Assembly: GCA_951406725.2 (NCBI GenBank)
Contig: OX597818.1
Span: 106,640,001 to 106,704,000, forward strand
Reading direction: 5' to 3'
Source of the DNA: Octopus vulgaris
Lineage: Eukaryota
DNA length: 64,000 bases
A program made the position numbers and the translations under genes. Of the stretch, positions 26,142 to 39,805 are shown in pieces. The notes beneath the pieces are model-generated. The model saw only the letters and a program-made list of their open reading frames with translations, did no database searches and was not told the DNA's origin. Position 1 is the first letter of the stretch. Every line of letters starts with the position of its first letter.

Positions 26142-26779
26142 TCTACCCTCCTTAATACTTTTCCCAGCTCTGAGCTCGAAAATGCAAACTTTTTAAATAA
26201 CGTCTTCATTTTCCTTTCAACGAAGCCGCTAGCCCCCACTGCCAGGTAGTAATACTTGACAGTTCATCCCTGCTCTCTGCACTGCCTGGCTGGCTGGTGC
26301 CCCATTGGTTATGCGGACAAGCGTTCCAGTTGATTTGATCAATGGAACAGCCTCCTCATGAAATTAACATGCAAGTGGCTGAGTACTCCACAGACATGCA
26401 TACCCTTAATGTAGTTCTTGTGGGGGGATTCAGCATGACACAGAAAGTATTAAGGCTGGCCCCTTTTAATTACAGGTACAACTCAGTTTTTGCCAGCTGA
26501 GTGGACTGGGATTATGTGAAATAAAGAGTCTTGCTCAAGGACACAATGCACCCCTGGGAACCGAACTCACAACCTCATGATCATGAGCCAAGTAACCCTA
26601 ACCACCCACCCATGGGCCTTTATGCCTTTTAAACCTTTTTAGACTCCATTATTATTTCAGTTGATCTTTTAAAAACTTTTAAATGCAAATCTCCTTTAAA
26701 AGTTTATCCATTTTCTAATGGTACCCCCTTATTAATGCAACCTAAACAATCCACACAGAACTATTGTCCTCAAGTAAAT

Positions 26780-27260
26780 TATTTCCCACACCAGTGACAC
26801 ATAAAAGGGCACCATTCGAATGTGACCGTTACCAGCGTCACCTTACTGGCACTTGTGCCTGTGCTAGTAGGGTGCCAAGAGCACCATCCAAGCATGATCG
26901 TTGCCAGAGCAGCCAACTGGCTTCCGTGCCAGTGGCACATAAAAGGGCACCATTCGAGCATGATCGTTACCAACGTTGCCTTACTGGCACCTGTGCCAGT
27001 GGCATGTGTAAAAAAGATTTGAGCGCGGTCATTGCCAGTATCGCCCAACTGGCCCTGTGCCAGTGGCACATAAAAAGCACCCACTACATTCTCAGAGTGG
27101 TTGGCGTTAGGAAGGGCATCCAGCTGTAGAAACTCTGCCAGATCAGATTGGAGTCTGGTGCAGCTGCTGGCTTTCCAGCCATCTGGTTCATCAGCCCTCA
27201 GTCAAAATCGTCCAACCCATGCTAGCATGGAAAGTGGACGTTAAACGATGATGATGATGA
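26780..27260 (+). mobile_element. RTE-associated 3' tail with internal ~65-bp tandem repeats and (GAT)n end
   Basis: Repeated CCAGTGGCACATAAAA units; ends GGACGTTAAACGATGATGATG. Confidence 0.7.
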
Positions 27261-28561
27261 CTACCAATCCAAGCCTACATCTTAGTACCCTTTCTGTAGC
27301 TCTTGAATTGCATTCCCTATTAAACATTTTACAGACCCTAATTGTCATTATGGCATCATATAGAATCAGCCACCTCTTCAATTGATATTATTATTGTCCC
27401 CTAACTTAATATTAACTTATTGTTTCTCATTCCAACTGATTCTCTATTTACCCCACTTCAAGTGTTCATCCCTATTATTCCTTATTTCTACTTTGACTCC
27501 TCCATATAGCCCCACTTCTCATGGTTAATTTAATTTCACTGAAACATCTTATCTCATTACAATCGTTTATAACAACTATCTTAAAAAGTTAACCAATTAT
27601 TTTCTTTCTCCCCTTTATTCTAGCCCTTGCCATTACCCCTTATGCTTCATTAAAATTATAGAGCAACAAAAACCTTCGATTTAAAAATATATAACAACTA
27701 CAATTCATTTAAATTCTCAAACAATACAAACACTTATTCTCCTGTATCAAAATATACAAATCTTTTCTAAAAACCCTTCTTCAATCCCATGAATGAATCT
27801 ATTATAACACACAAATGTAGATTGTTCCCTTCTCTTTCATTTCATTTTCTACTTTCTCTCCATTGATGGAGTAAATGTAATCACTTCCTTCTTCAGCACT
27901 CTTCTACTTGAACAATTTTTCAATAGGTTTTATTCAATTTTGTTTCAATCTTTTTTTTCTCACTTTTTTAATGATCTTCATTTTATATACTAGCCTATCA
28001 GTTATCCTCACATTATAACTCACTCACGCACACACACACATACATATATACTCGTGTGTACAAGTATATATATACACTTACACACACATACAAACATGTG
28101 TGTCTGTATGTACATAAACCAATCTTGGTTAGTCACTTCCCAAAGTATATTTGATTTCTAGAAACATTACTAAATATTATTTATAATTGGAACCTGAATT
28201 TCCTTGTCCCTATATTTGAAACCCCCACCAATACATCTTCCCCTAAACCAAATTTTTCACTTTTAAACACTTCTTACTATCAGATATAAACTTCACTTTC
28301 CTTCTTTTTCATTCTCATTCTTGTTTTACATTCTTTCTTCTATGCTTCAAACCAATATCTGATAACACACAAATAACTTTTTCCAGTTTTTAATTGCTAG
28401 GATTTTAAAAAATGTACGCTAGTGTGCAATTAGATAATGTTTACATGTTCTTTCATTATTCAAAAGGTTTTTATAATAGTTCCAGTAATAAAATTAAATC
28501 TACCTCCACCACTTTATATATTTTCTTGTTTAATTAAAATACATATATATATATATACATC

Positions 28562-29705
28562 ATGCTGGTGGCACATAAAAAGCATCCACTACACTCTTGG
28601 AGTAGTTGGCATTATAAAGGGCATCCAGCTGTAGAAACTTTGCCAGAACAGATTGGAGTCTGGTGCCTGGTTTGCCAGTCCTCAGTCAAACTGTCCGACC
28701 CATACCAGCATGGAAAGCGGACATTAAACGACAACAACGATGATATATATATATATATATATATAATCATCATCATTTAACATCTGCTTTCCATGCTGGC
28801 ATGGATTGGATGGTTTGATTGAGGACAGACAAGCCAGGAGGCTGCACCAGGCTCCAATCTATTCTGGCAAAGTTTCTACAGCTGGATGCCCTTTATAATG
28901 CCAACCACTCCAAGAGTGTAGTGGATGCTTTTTATGTGCCACCGGCATGGAAGCCAGTCAGATGACACTGGCATCAGCTATGGCTATGATCTCACTTGGC
29001 TTGACAGGTCTTCTCAAGCACATCATATCTCCAAAGGTCTCGGTTGTCCAATGCTCGAAGGTCATACTTCACCATCTCATCTCAGGTCTTCCTGGGTCCA
29101 CCTCTTCCACAGGTTCCCTGCACCATTAGGGTGTGACACTTCTTCACACAGCTGTCCTCATCCATATGCAACACGTACCATACCAGCACAGTTGTCTCTC
29201 TTGCACATCACATCTGATGCTTTTTATGTCCAACATTTTTGTCAGGGCACTCCACTCTGTCCTGTATGCACACTGACATTACACATCCAGCGAAGCATAC
29301 CAACTTCATTTCTTTCAAGCCTATGCATGTCCTTGGCAGTCACAGCCCATGTTTCACTGCCATGCAGCATGGTTGTTCACACATATGCATCATACAATCT
29401 ACCTTTCACACTGAGTGAGAGGCTCTTTGTTACCAGCAGAAGTAGGAGCTCTCTGAACTTTGCACAGGCTATTCTTATTCTAGCAGCCATGCTCACAAAG
29501 CATCCGTCCCTGCTACTGACTTGGTCACCTAGATAACAGAAGTTATCAACTACTTCTAGTTTTTCCCCCTGGCATGTGATGGAATCTGTTTTCTGTACAT
29601 CTTTGGTGTTTATTGAACTGTGCGTTTGCCACATACAAAAACTATCTTCCCAGTTAACCTTCCTTTCATATTGCTGTACCTCTTATGTGTCCATAGCTTA
29701 CACTG
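28562..29705. mobile_element. Two RTE-type copies tail-to-tail: short + tail (28562-28745) and - strand RT fragment (28770-29705)
   Basis: Minus strand encodes EVVDNFCYLGD..ARIRIACAKFRELL..VKGRLYDAYV; the two tails are mutually inverted across a (TA)n tract. Confidence 0.8.
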
Positions 29706-32700
29706 GTTTCAAATTTTAGCAAAAGGTCAGCAATTTCTGGGAGAGACTAAGTTGTTTATATTGACACCAGTACTCAACTGGTCCCTATTTTATTGACCCG
29801 AGAAGGACGAAAGTTGACCACAGCAGAGTTTGAACTCAATGAGTAAAGACAGACGAAATGTCACAAAACATTTTGCTGTGTTGACGATTCTGGGGGTCCC
29901 ACCAACTCCCTGCCTTACACGGAGATGCATAACATTACGGACACAAATTCATGATACGTACTAACACAATATCTAGGACTAATTGCAACTCTGCTTCCCT
30001 GCTTTTCTCTCAAACTCTCTCTCTTCTCAAACTCTCTTTCCTCTCTCTCTCTCTGTTCCAATCTTTTATACCTACTTCGCCCTATTTTCCAGTTCACAAC
30101 TTGTTTTCTCTTATTGTATTTTCTCCCCCTTTCTTCTTGTCCATCATATCACCTCCTCCCACCACTTATCTCTCACACACTCACTCACTCATTCACATAC
30201 TCAGTCTCTCACTCACTCACCCACTCTCTCACTCACATATTCACTCACCCACTCACTCATTCAATTACTTGACAAACACTAAAACTTCCAAATATCGAAG
30301 AACATTTCCATAATTACAATTTTAGTTATAAATACTATTCTGCTTGTTCAACTGAAACCAGTATTCACACGACTCCTTATCTAATGCTCACACGACACCT
30401 TGTATAATATATACTGATCTATACTAAAAAGGGCCTGCCAGGTCTCTTCATGGTCCCAGCAAACAAAATGGAAAAGGTGATGCCCCAGAGGATTGAGAGG
30501 GAGATGCGCTGAAACAATCCTTCTGACTCACAGGGCTTGCACTGGCAGGTAACCATTTCCGCTCCAGAAGCAGTGAGCAGGGATATGGTCCAGGGGTCGA
30601 GAATGCTGGAGGCCTCCACAGGACACAGGCTCGACTATAAATAAACCGATACTTTGACAGTTTGCGTTTCTCAGCCTGACGAACAGCAAAGCCTGAGCTG
30701 GGAGCAGGACATACAAATCTGCCATTGGAGAAGGTGTCACATTCAATGTGGCTCCCACAGGAAGGGCCTACCAGCACGGAACGGGAAAATTGCCATATCA
30801 ACGGGCCTTTTACCGTCCCCTCGGTCTAGTCCCACTGGCTTGAGCTGGAAAGGGAAGCCTGTGGCGTCTAAACTATGCTTTATGGTTTACTTAAGAGCAG
30901 CATAGCGTGGAAGGCGGTTAGCACTATAATGGCAGGACAATGGTTGGAGGCCGAAAGAATCCACAATGAATCCTCAGCGGCATTTGTGAGGTTCACAGAT
31001 CTGGAGGCTAAGCTTCAGGAATCGGTACCAAGCTGAATGCAAGTCCCTAGTGATGGTAACGCATAGATCCAGGCTTCGCTGTGGGGCTCGCATGCTGAGC
31101 GGGGGCATGCCAGACAGTGCTGGTCAAATCTGAGATCATGCTACATTGGATGGCATTCCATTTCTTTTGAGGGGAAAGGGAGATGGACGTCTGCAGGGCG
31201 CAGGCTGAGCTGGCTCCATGTTGCGAAGGCCACCCCACGCTCGCCGATCACAATAGAGAAATTATCCAGAAACCCCGAACTATTCTGCCTTTCAAGTTGT
31301 GAGCAGACCATAAATTTCAAGAGAAAAAAAAAAGAAAAAATGAAAATGAAGAAAACGCTAATTGCTTAGAATCGTGTCTGTTTTGCTTGGTGATCGTATC
31401 TATTACCGCACGCTTCGCAAAACAGATATCTAAAGTCGACACAGAATGTGAAGTACCTTATTAAATTCATTTCTTCTTAACTACTTATAAAATTGAACTT
31501 ATTTGGTTAACTTTCTCATACAATATTAGAAAGGCAGCTTTCTAAAGAGGAAATCGCTATTGTATAGACCCTTGTCAGTCTTTGGTGTTGACATTTTTCT
31601 TCACCGTTTTCTCCGTGAAGAAGCCATCTAAAGTTTAAACAGAATGCTAAATACCTCATTAAATCCATTAAAAATATCGACCAAATTCAAATCACCCATC
31701 TCTTAAAAAATCATGGATGATGGTCATTTTTTCTTTCGGACCGTATCTCTCTTGCTCGATAAGAAAACCAATCACAGAACGATCTGAGAAGTCATACAAT
31801 GCATTTGTAATAATAGTGGGTATTTTTCTTCTTTTATTTCTAGCATAATGCAGAAAATATACCAAATATATATGAGGAGGTAACTTTGAATTAGTTGCCG
31901 TCGTTAAAATGGTGAAGAAATTATTCTTCGTCTGTTCATCATGAATTGTAGAACGTTTAACAGAAAGAGTAAATTCATATTAAACAGTGGTAAAACTGGC
32001 AACAACCACTCCGATTCACACTTTTCCATAAACAGAGGACAAATGCAAGGAAAAAGGAAAAAAAGAAACATCACAACACAGTAAAAGAATAAGAGACAGG
32101 TAAAGAATGAGAACTTAAAAAAAAAATAACAGTTCGTAATAATAAGAAAATATCGGGGAAAAAGAAAAAAATGAAAGAAAACAGATTGCAGCAGATGAGG
32201 GATTTTAAGAGAAAAACAAAGAAAGTGGAAATAAGATTGCAAAAAAAAAAAAAAAAGAAAATCGAAGAAGAAAAAAAAATGGAAATAAGACTTTCAAAAA
32301 AGGAGAGAGAAGGAAAGAATAAACAGACTACAAGAGTGAAAGAAAAAACACGATAGAAAAATAAGATAAGAAGAGGAAAGTTCTGCAGAGACAATTTACC
32401 GAAAATGTAAGGTTAAATGTAATTTCAGGGTACAACGTTTGTGATCGTAATCATAATTATGCATCTGAAAAAGTTGTCTACCTGGGATCTATAGGCAAAA
32501 CATATAAGCAAGGAATTATTAGGGACGAATGGTATTTGCCCATAACTGAACCATTAGAATTTATAGTAGGTGTTGCTACTTCGTGTAGAAATCTAGGCAA
32601 GTGGAGTCACAATCACCACCGTGATAACAAAGACGAAGGATGGTTTAAAGTTTTTGGAGTCAGTCATTTTTCTACTCGTACGTAAGATCGAGCAGGTGTA

Positions 32701-32834
32701 GCACGTGTATATACAAATGTATGGCAAGTGTACGGTAGACTACAAAATAAGACAAACTTATTGACAAAGATTATTTGAACAAGGTTTTGACTGATATTTG
32801 ACTTCCTGATATACAACTTTGTATAAGTTGGTAC

Positions 32835-33136
32835 TAGTATCGTAGACTGGTCCCAGTTTGCGCACACGCGCAGACGCGCGTCCGTGCTAGCCAGAAGTAG
32901 GCAGTCGATCCTACGAGCTGACTGGCGCATGCACGATATATACTTGTATCGATATATACGATATATACTTGTATATATACGATATATACTTGTATCGCAC
33001 GTCCCCGATTCGCACGTGCGATACAAGTATATATCGTATATATCGTGCATGCACCAGTCAGCTCGTAGGATCGACTGCCTACGTCTGGCTAGCACGGACG
33101 CGCGTCTGCGCAAACCGGGGCCAGTCTACGATACTA
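32835..33136. mobile_element. 302-bp foldback (palindromic) non-autonomous DNA element
   Basis: Arms TAGTATCGTAGACTGG... and ...CCAGTCTACGATACTA pair almost to the centre; GTAC on both flanks (32831-32834, 33137-33140). Confidence 0.85.
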
Positions 33137-33721
33137 GTACCGACAAAGTTTAATTACAAAATACATTCAACATGTTTATTATGACTGATACACACGCGAG
33201 CGAAAAGTACAGAATGAGGGGAAAAAATGTCGGATACACTGAAACACTTTGACCCATGGTTATACAATTATCTACACATCATTATATGTCTCAGGTTAAT
33301 GTAAGGAAAACAATTAGATATATTTAAATTATTATTTTACAAAATCTTTGTCGTCTCACCATTCTAGAAGCAGCAGGAAATTGGTCACACTGGTACAAAG
33401 CCACGTTCGTAGTAACAAGAAATATCCAAAGAACATTCAGAGATAACAGCGGGTTTTCTGAGATACAGGCGGACACAAAAAATGACCGCGCCCACGTTTT
33501 CTGAAAAACAAAACAACCTCGATTCAAGATACAAACAAGTTGTGAAAACTAATATTAAATAGTAATACAGCAGACACATCGTTGGAGATAACGGTAGGTC
33601 TTCTTTTAGGGCCAGTTCAGTATCAAGGCACTCTCTAAAAAACATTTAGGACCAAAATTTAGTGGGTTTATAAACAAATAAGCCTTTACAGAATAAAGAG
33701 GTACAATGTTCGCAGTTATAG

Positions 33722-34075
33722 GCGCAGGTTAGAAGTTTGCTTCCCAACCACATGGTTCCGGGTTCAATCCACCTGTGTGATATCGTGCGCAAATGTCTTT
33801 TACTATAGCCTTGAACTGACCAAAGCCTTGTGAGTGGATTTGGTAGGCAGAAACTGAAAGAAGCCTTTCGTATAAGTGTGTGTGTGTGTGTTTGTCCGCC
33901 ACCACCGCTTGACAACCCTAACCTAACGGTTCGGCAAAAGAAACCGATAGAATAAGTATCAGGCTTAAAAAATGTACTGGGGTCGATTCATCATTCGACC
34001 AAAAATTCTTGAAGCCAGAGCCCCAGCATGGCCGCAGTCTAATGACTGATAAAAGTAAAAGATAAAAGATAAGAT
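33722..34075 (+). mobile_element. SINE family A (diverged)
   Basis: Similar to 5128-5524, with an (AAAGAT)n tail. Confidence 0.85.
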
Positions 34076-35748
34076 ATTTTATAGTTTCCATTAAAAAATA
34101 TCAAAACAAAAAAATGTCCAAGCACGAGATTGAAACTTATTTCAAAACTGCGAGAAATGATTCAAGGAAGGAGTTTTTATATCAGAAGCTTTTGGTTTGC
34201 TTCGAATGGACTTCCACCCCAGATTTCCAAGTTGTCGCCGAAGTACCCCCCACCTCTCTCTCTTTCTTTCTCTCTCTCTTTGTACCACATGCTCACCAGC
34301 CACAGAACATGGCCGTTGATTTAACGTTCCTTAGTGTGGTGGAAAAAGCAATTATTATTGAAGAACGTGGCAAATGAAATGTTATTTTTAAGTATTGTCG
34401 TATTCGCATTAAATTCATAAATGATACTCGCATTTATTTAATATTCTTCAATATTCCTGACGTTGAGAGTTACCCAACAATTTGACAAAGTTCATCGAAA
34501 GATTGATATTCCGACTCAGCAAGAATACTTCTTTATGAAATTCTTGGTCTCAGATCCTTTCTTGACTTTCAAACTTTTGACGGTCACAGCTACGCTTTTT
34601 TAGAGAAAAGCATTTTAAAATTAGAGTTGATACAGGATGACAGTCTTTAAATGGCAGCCAAGTGAGAGGCTTCGCTGTTTTGCATAGAAGGAAGTGTGAG
34701 AATCCTATTTACCATTCTCCTTAAAAACTGTAATTTCGTGGATCAAGTAACAATATGGCTAAAGGGCAGAAATGATCTCGCCTGACTTCAACTCCCAGAT
34801 TCAGTTGCAATCTCTTTGTCGGAAAACGAGTTCAGTGACGAAATCTTCGACGTTGTATTTCTTGCCATTGATGTTAAAGTTGTTTCTATGAATTGCGAGA
34901 GAATAAATTCCCCCCCCCCCCTTCGTGCCAGACATTCTGAAGTCGATCGATTAATAACAGAACAATTAAAAGACAATGTCAGTAACATTGAAAACATCTT
35001 AGAATATATTAGGGGAAAAGAACCCGAATTACAGTCGGAATAAAAATACACTCTACAATGCTGTACTTTGATAATATTCTCTGTGAGGAAGTTCTGGTGT
35101 TAGACTGAATGGTCAATAAAAGAAATAAATAAAATATTTAGAGATAATTCGTTGCTATTATGCAAAAGTGTCGTAAGTTCAAAACGTTGCTTCTTCAGAA
35201 AACGAAAAGAATAGTTTCACCATTCCATAGAAACTTTTGATATCTTGGCATCTGAAGCAGCTGGAGATACGATAGTTTGACCAAAAGAACCGGCAAAACA
35301 TCGGCAAGCAAAAATAGATGTTGAAAAAAAAAAAAAAAAGAGGGAGAGAGAAAACGCATTTAGCCAGTTTTGGACATACGACAGTTTAACGTAATAGCAA
35401 CGATATGGTTTCGGAAAATGAGAAACCTACGAGTGAAATACAAATATTTATATAGCATGGCAAAAAACGTCTTAGCTTAGTGCCCGAGTAAAACTGGTTT
35501 ACCCTGATATATACACACAGAAATATTTATAGGGAGATGTTTGAGATTAGCCATTTTGTAACTTAACAAATATAAAACTATAGGCTCCACCTTCGCACAT
35601 AGAGTTCTGTTCCTTGTGTCAATAGTACTAAACTTTCAAACTTGTATACATATCTTTATCTGCGCGCACACGTGTATGTGTATGCATATATGTGTACATG
35701 TGTATTTGAGAGTGCATCTATATTTACGTATGTACAAATGTATGTGCA

Positions 35749-35816
<68 letters not shown>

Positions 35817-36059
35817 CACGTGCGTGGAGAGAGAGAGAGAGAGAAAGAGATTGAGAGAGTTAGTCTGCTAATTAGTAGATGTGCTAGTGCGTCGAAGAAG
35901 ATGTTTTTCCTTATTTGTTGCAGTTTTGTATGTGAAATAGCCCTGATTAATCTGCAGGTGGCTGGCGTAGACAGGTAAAGGTGACAATGGCATGTGACGA
36001 CTTTCATCCAGAACTGGTTAGCGAAAACAGTCAAAAATGGTACAAATATTTCATGGAGC

Positions 36060-36123
<64 letters not shown>

Positions 36124-37675
36124 CTCTCTGTGTTTCTCTCTCGTCGTCACTGTCTGTCTGTCTGTTTGTCTGTCTCTCTCTGTCTGTCTGTTTGTCTCTC
36201 TCTCTCTCCCATGTGCATACCATTCATTCTCACATATGTATATATTTGTGCATTATATATATTCAGTATGGTTGAATGCCTGTTTGTCCGACGGTCCTCA
36301 CGCGAACTTATGTATAATATACACGTACACACACACACGCACAGAGGCGTGCGCGCACGCGCACTTACTTGCACGCACACACATATTACACTAAATTAAA
36401 TGTTAATTTAAAATCAGATCTAAAAATTTGTTACACATGGTCGTAAGTTTCGTTCTAAACGAGTTTATCAAACGAATTTAGCTGAGGTATTTATCGTGGT
36501 GTGTGTGTATGTGTGTGTGTGCGTGTGTGTGCGTGTGTGTGTGTGCCCGCGTGTTTGTTGACAAGGGAAAGAAAGTATATGGGAGTAGAACAGAAACAGT
36601 GGTGAAAGAGGGAAAGATGGACGAAGATGGAAAGAGAAAGAAACCCATCGATGGTTTCTCTTGAAAGAATTGAAGGACACCAAAAGAAGTTTTATTTCTA
36701 AAGAAAGCGATGGAAATCATTAAAAAACTTGCAATGAAGTAAAAGTATCAAGTAAATGACATCTATAATCTGGTGTTTCAGCACTAATTATTAATTAAGT
36801 TAATGAAACAATCTTAAAAATATTCTACATTTTTTAGGGGGAAAAAAAAAAGGCAGAACAAAACTATTTTGGCAAGAAAATCAGCGCCAAGCCAGCAGTG
36901 TTGAAAATGGTGGGCATAAAAGAAAGCAGAGAGGATTAGACAAACGGACAGAGCAAACCAAAAGAAGGAAGGAAGGAAGAAAGAAAGAAAGAAAGAAAGA
37001 AAGGAAGAAGAAGAAGAAGAAGAAGAAGAAGAAGAAGAAGAAGAAGAAGAAGATTAAGTAGCTTAGGTGTCAGAGGTGCGGCAAGTTGTGAGGAGTTGGA
37101 TAAGATAATTGAAACTGAATGTGTAAATTGAAGCCAAAGAGACGACCAAGTGAGACTACAGCAACCTGGCTCAGTCGCAGGTCTCCAAATGCACACACTT
37201 TGTTGCTTGCACCATCATACGTAAAGAGTAGTCGGTAAAATGGATGTATATTTTCGGAAAAAAAAACTCCGAACTCCGAGCTGGAATTGTTGGGAGATGA
37301 ACTCAGATTATTTATCGATAGAACTTGACGTTTATAAGAAGTGCTTGGTGCGAAGCTCCTCTTCTTTATAAACTCTCAGTTGCCTTCATTGAAATAAGTT
37401 TACTAACCTGATCACCAGGTCTCAAAGAAAGGAAGAATCGGTTATATTGATCCTAATATATGATTGGTTATTACAATTTATTGACTTGTCAACGATGAAA
37501 GGTAAATTTGGCCTGGACGGAACAAACGATTCAGTTGATTTATTTTTCTCCTCAACAGAACTCGTAATATTTTTCATACCTGCAGCGCCGAATATTTCCA
37601 AGAGTTACCTGAATCATTCCCAAACATCTCATCAAGCTTTAAAGGTGAACAAAATATAATGCTTCTCGCCGCTAA

Positions 37676-38168
37676 TTTCGCCGAGGTCGACTTTGCCTTT
37701 CATCCTTTCGGGGTCGATAAATTAAGTACCAATTACGCACTGGAGTCGATGTAATCGACTTAATCCGTTTGTCTGTCCTCTCTGTGTTTAGCCCCTTGTG
37801 GGTAGTAAAGAAATAGGTATTTCGTCTGCCGCTACGTTCTGAGTTCAAATTCCGCCGAGGTCAACTGTACCTTTCATCCTTTCGGGATCGATTAAATAAG
37901 TACCAGTTACGCACTGGGTTGATATAATCGACTTAATCCGTTTGTCTGTCCTTGTTTGTCCCCTCTGTGTTTAGCTCCTTGTGGGTAGTAAAGAAATGGG
38001 TATTTCGTCTGTCTTTACGGTCTGAGTTCAAATTCCGCTGACGTCATCTTTGCCTTTCATCCTTTCGTGGCCGATAAGTTAAGTACCAGTTGCGTAATGA
38101 GGTCGATGTAATCGACTGGCCCTCTCCCCCAAAATTTCGGGCCTTGTGCCTAGAGTAGAAAAGAATAT
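37676..38168 (+). mobile_element. SINE family B multimer
   Basis: Three tandem core units as at 6463-7048. Confidence 0.85.
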
Positions 38169-39726
38169 TCTTGGTGGACATTAATTTGTAATAATATTAA
38201 AGTGGAATCACAAAAGTGGAGTAAATCTGAAGGTGTAGTATAGAATAGTGAAGGGGCAGTGCCGTTCACTCCCTTAGCGATGGGCAAGTAAGGCTACTGC
38301 ATGAATAGACTTATAAACACCTTTACAAGTCTATAAACACCTTTCAAAACTATACTGATTCGTAAAAGGCTCTGTAAATCGATGTTTAATTTAGACGCAA
38401 AATTATTATATCTCCTAAATACTCTAAGGTTGACTTGATCATTTTGTCACGTAAAGGAAATTTTAAGTTACTACCAAATGTAGTGTTGTCTAATATTTTA
38501 AATAGAATCTTATCGATCTTGGTAACCCCGCTCTTATGCTCATAGATCGAAACACTATGGATATCAGCAAATGAAAACAAACAATATGATTGGTTAAAAT
38601 TCGCAGATTTAATCTACCCTTAAAGTTATAAAATACATTTTTCTCAAATAAACAAGTTGAAACTAGTGTTTTCTTTGGAGACACTCTACCAGTATACGAA
38701 GTTTCAAATTATTTAGTTAACTAGAAAAATCTGACAAACAGGCCTTGGAAGTGAAAAGATCCTTTGCCTTTCTTAAAAAGCGATAGTAAAGCCATATTTT
38801 CAAAATGTTTCTTTGACTTTTCTTGTTTTCAGTTTTTCTATCATAGTTTTTTAACCTGTTTTGTGCCATTCTAACTTTTTCGGAGAATTTACGACACCGC
38901 AGATTGGTAATTTTGCGTATAAATTGCTTGTTTAATGTGCAATGAACTGTGAACGATAGCTCTTTATCGTCCTCGTCATTTTCTTCGATATTTTCCTGTG
39001 TACGAGTACCGTTGTTGTTTGGAAGAAATTGCTCTTTCATTTTGTGGTTTTCTGTTGAGTCTTCCTCTTCAGAGATTCTTTTCGTTCGTTGTCCAACGGC
39101 TTGAAGATTTTTATTTGCTACAATTATCTCTTCACCACCGCACAACGATCGAATGGTACGATCCGTTTGCCGGGTAGGGAGCCAAGATTATTTATTTCTA
39201 TGCACAAATAATAGGTTTCTTTTGCCATTCTCATTGTTTTGGCAGACGATACACTGGGAATTGGGCCATATAACAAATTTTGTTGTTTCACCTGATCTTC
39301 ATTATTTTCTTTTTCTACTTAATCTTTCCAGTTCTTCAGGGCTATCATCTCAGCGTTGATTTTTACAAGGACAAACGTAACAACTAAACTTTTTGCCCTG
39401 AATCAAAATCACAAACCGTTCGTTTAAGATTTGGGGATATTTTTTCCCTCTTAATTGTTCGTTTTCTTCTTTTGTCTTTGCAGTTGTGTGTTTCATCCTG
39501 TTTTATTTATTTACTTCTTGCTTTTGCTGCGTTCTGTTGCTTGGAGGCATTTTGAATGGGGATCAATGAGTGCGAGTAAACAAATTTCAAAAGTTAATGA
39601 AATAAAACTTTTATTGCTAGTACATCTCACTAATTATTGTGGTTAGGTTTTCCATAGGTAGATATGATACTTTTTGCGGGTGCATCAAAGAAAATTTCAT
39701 TTGGTAATACTTTAATAAATCGTGTC

Positions 39727-39805
<79 letters not shown>

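Noticed and set aside
26780-27090. CRISPR-like repeat-spacer pattern
   Set aside because: Degenerate tandem units with related spacers inside a eukaryotic retroelement tail; no cas genes.
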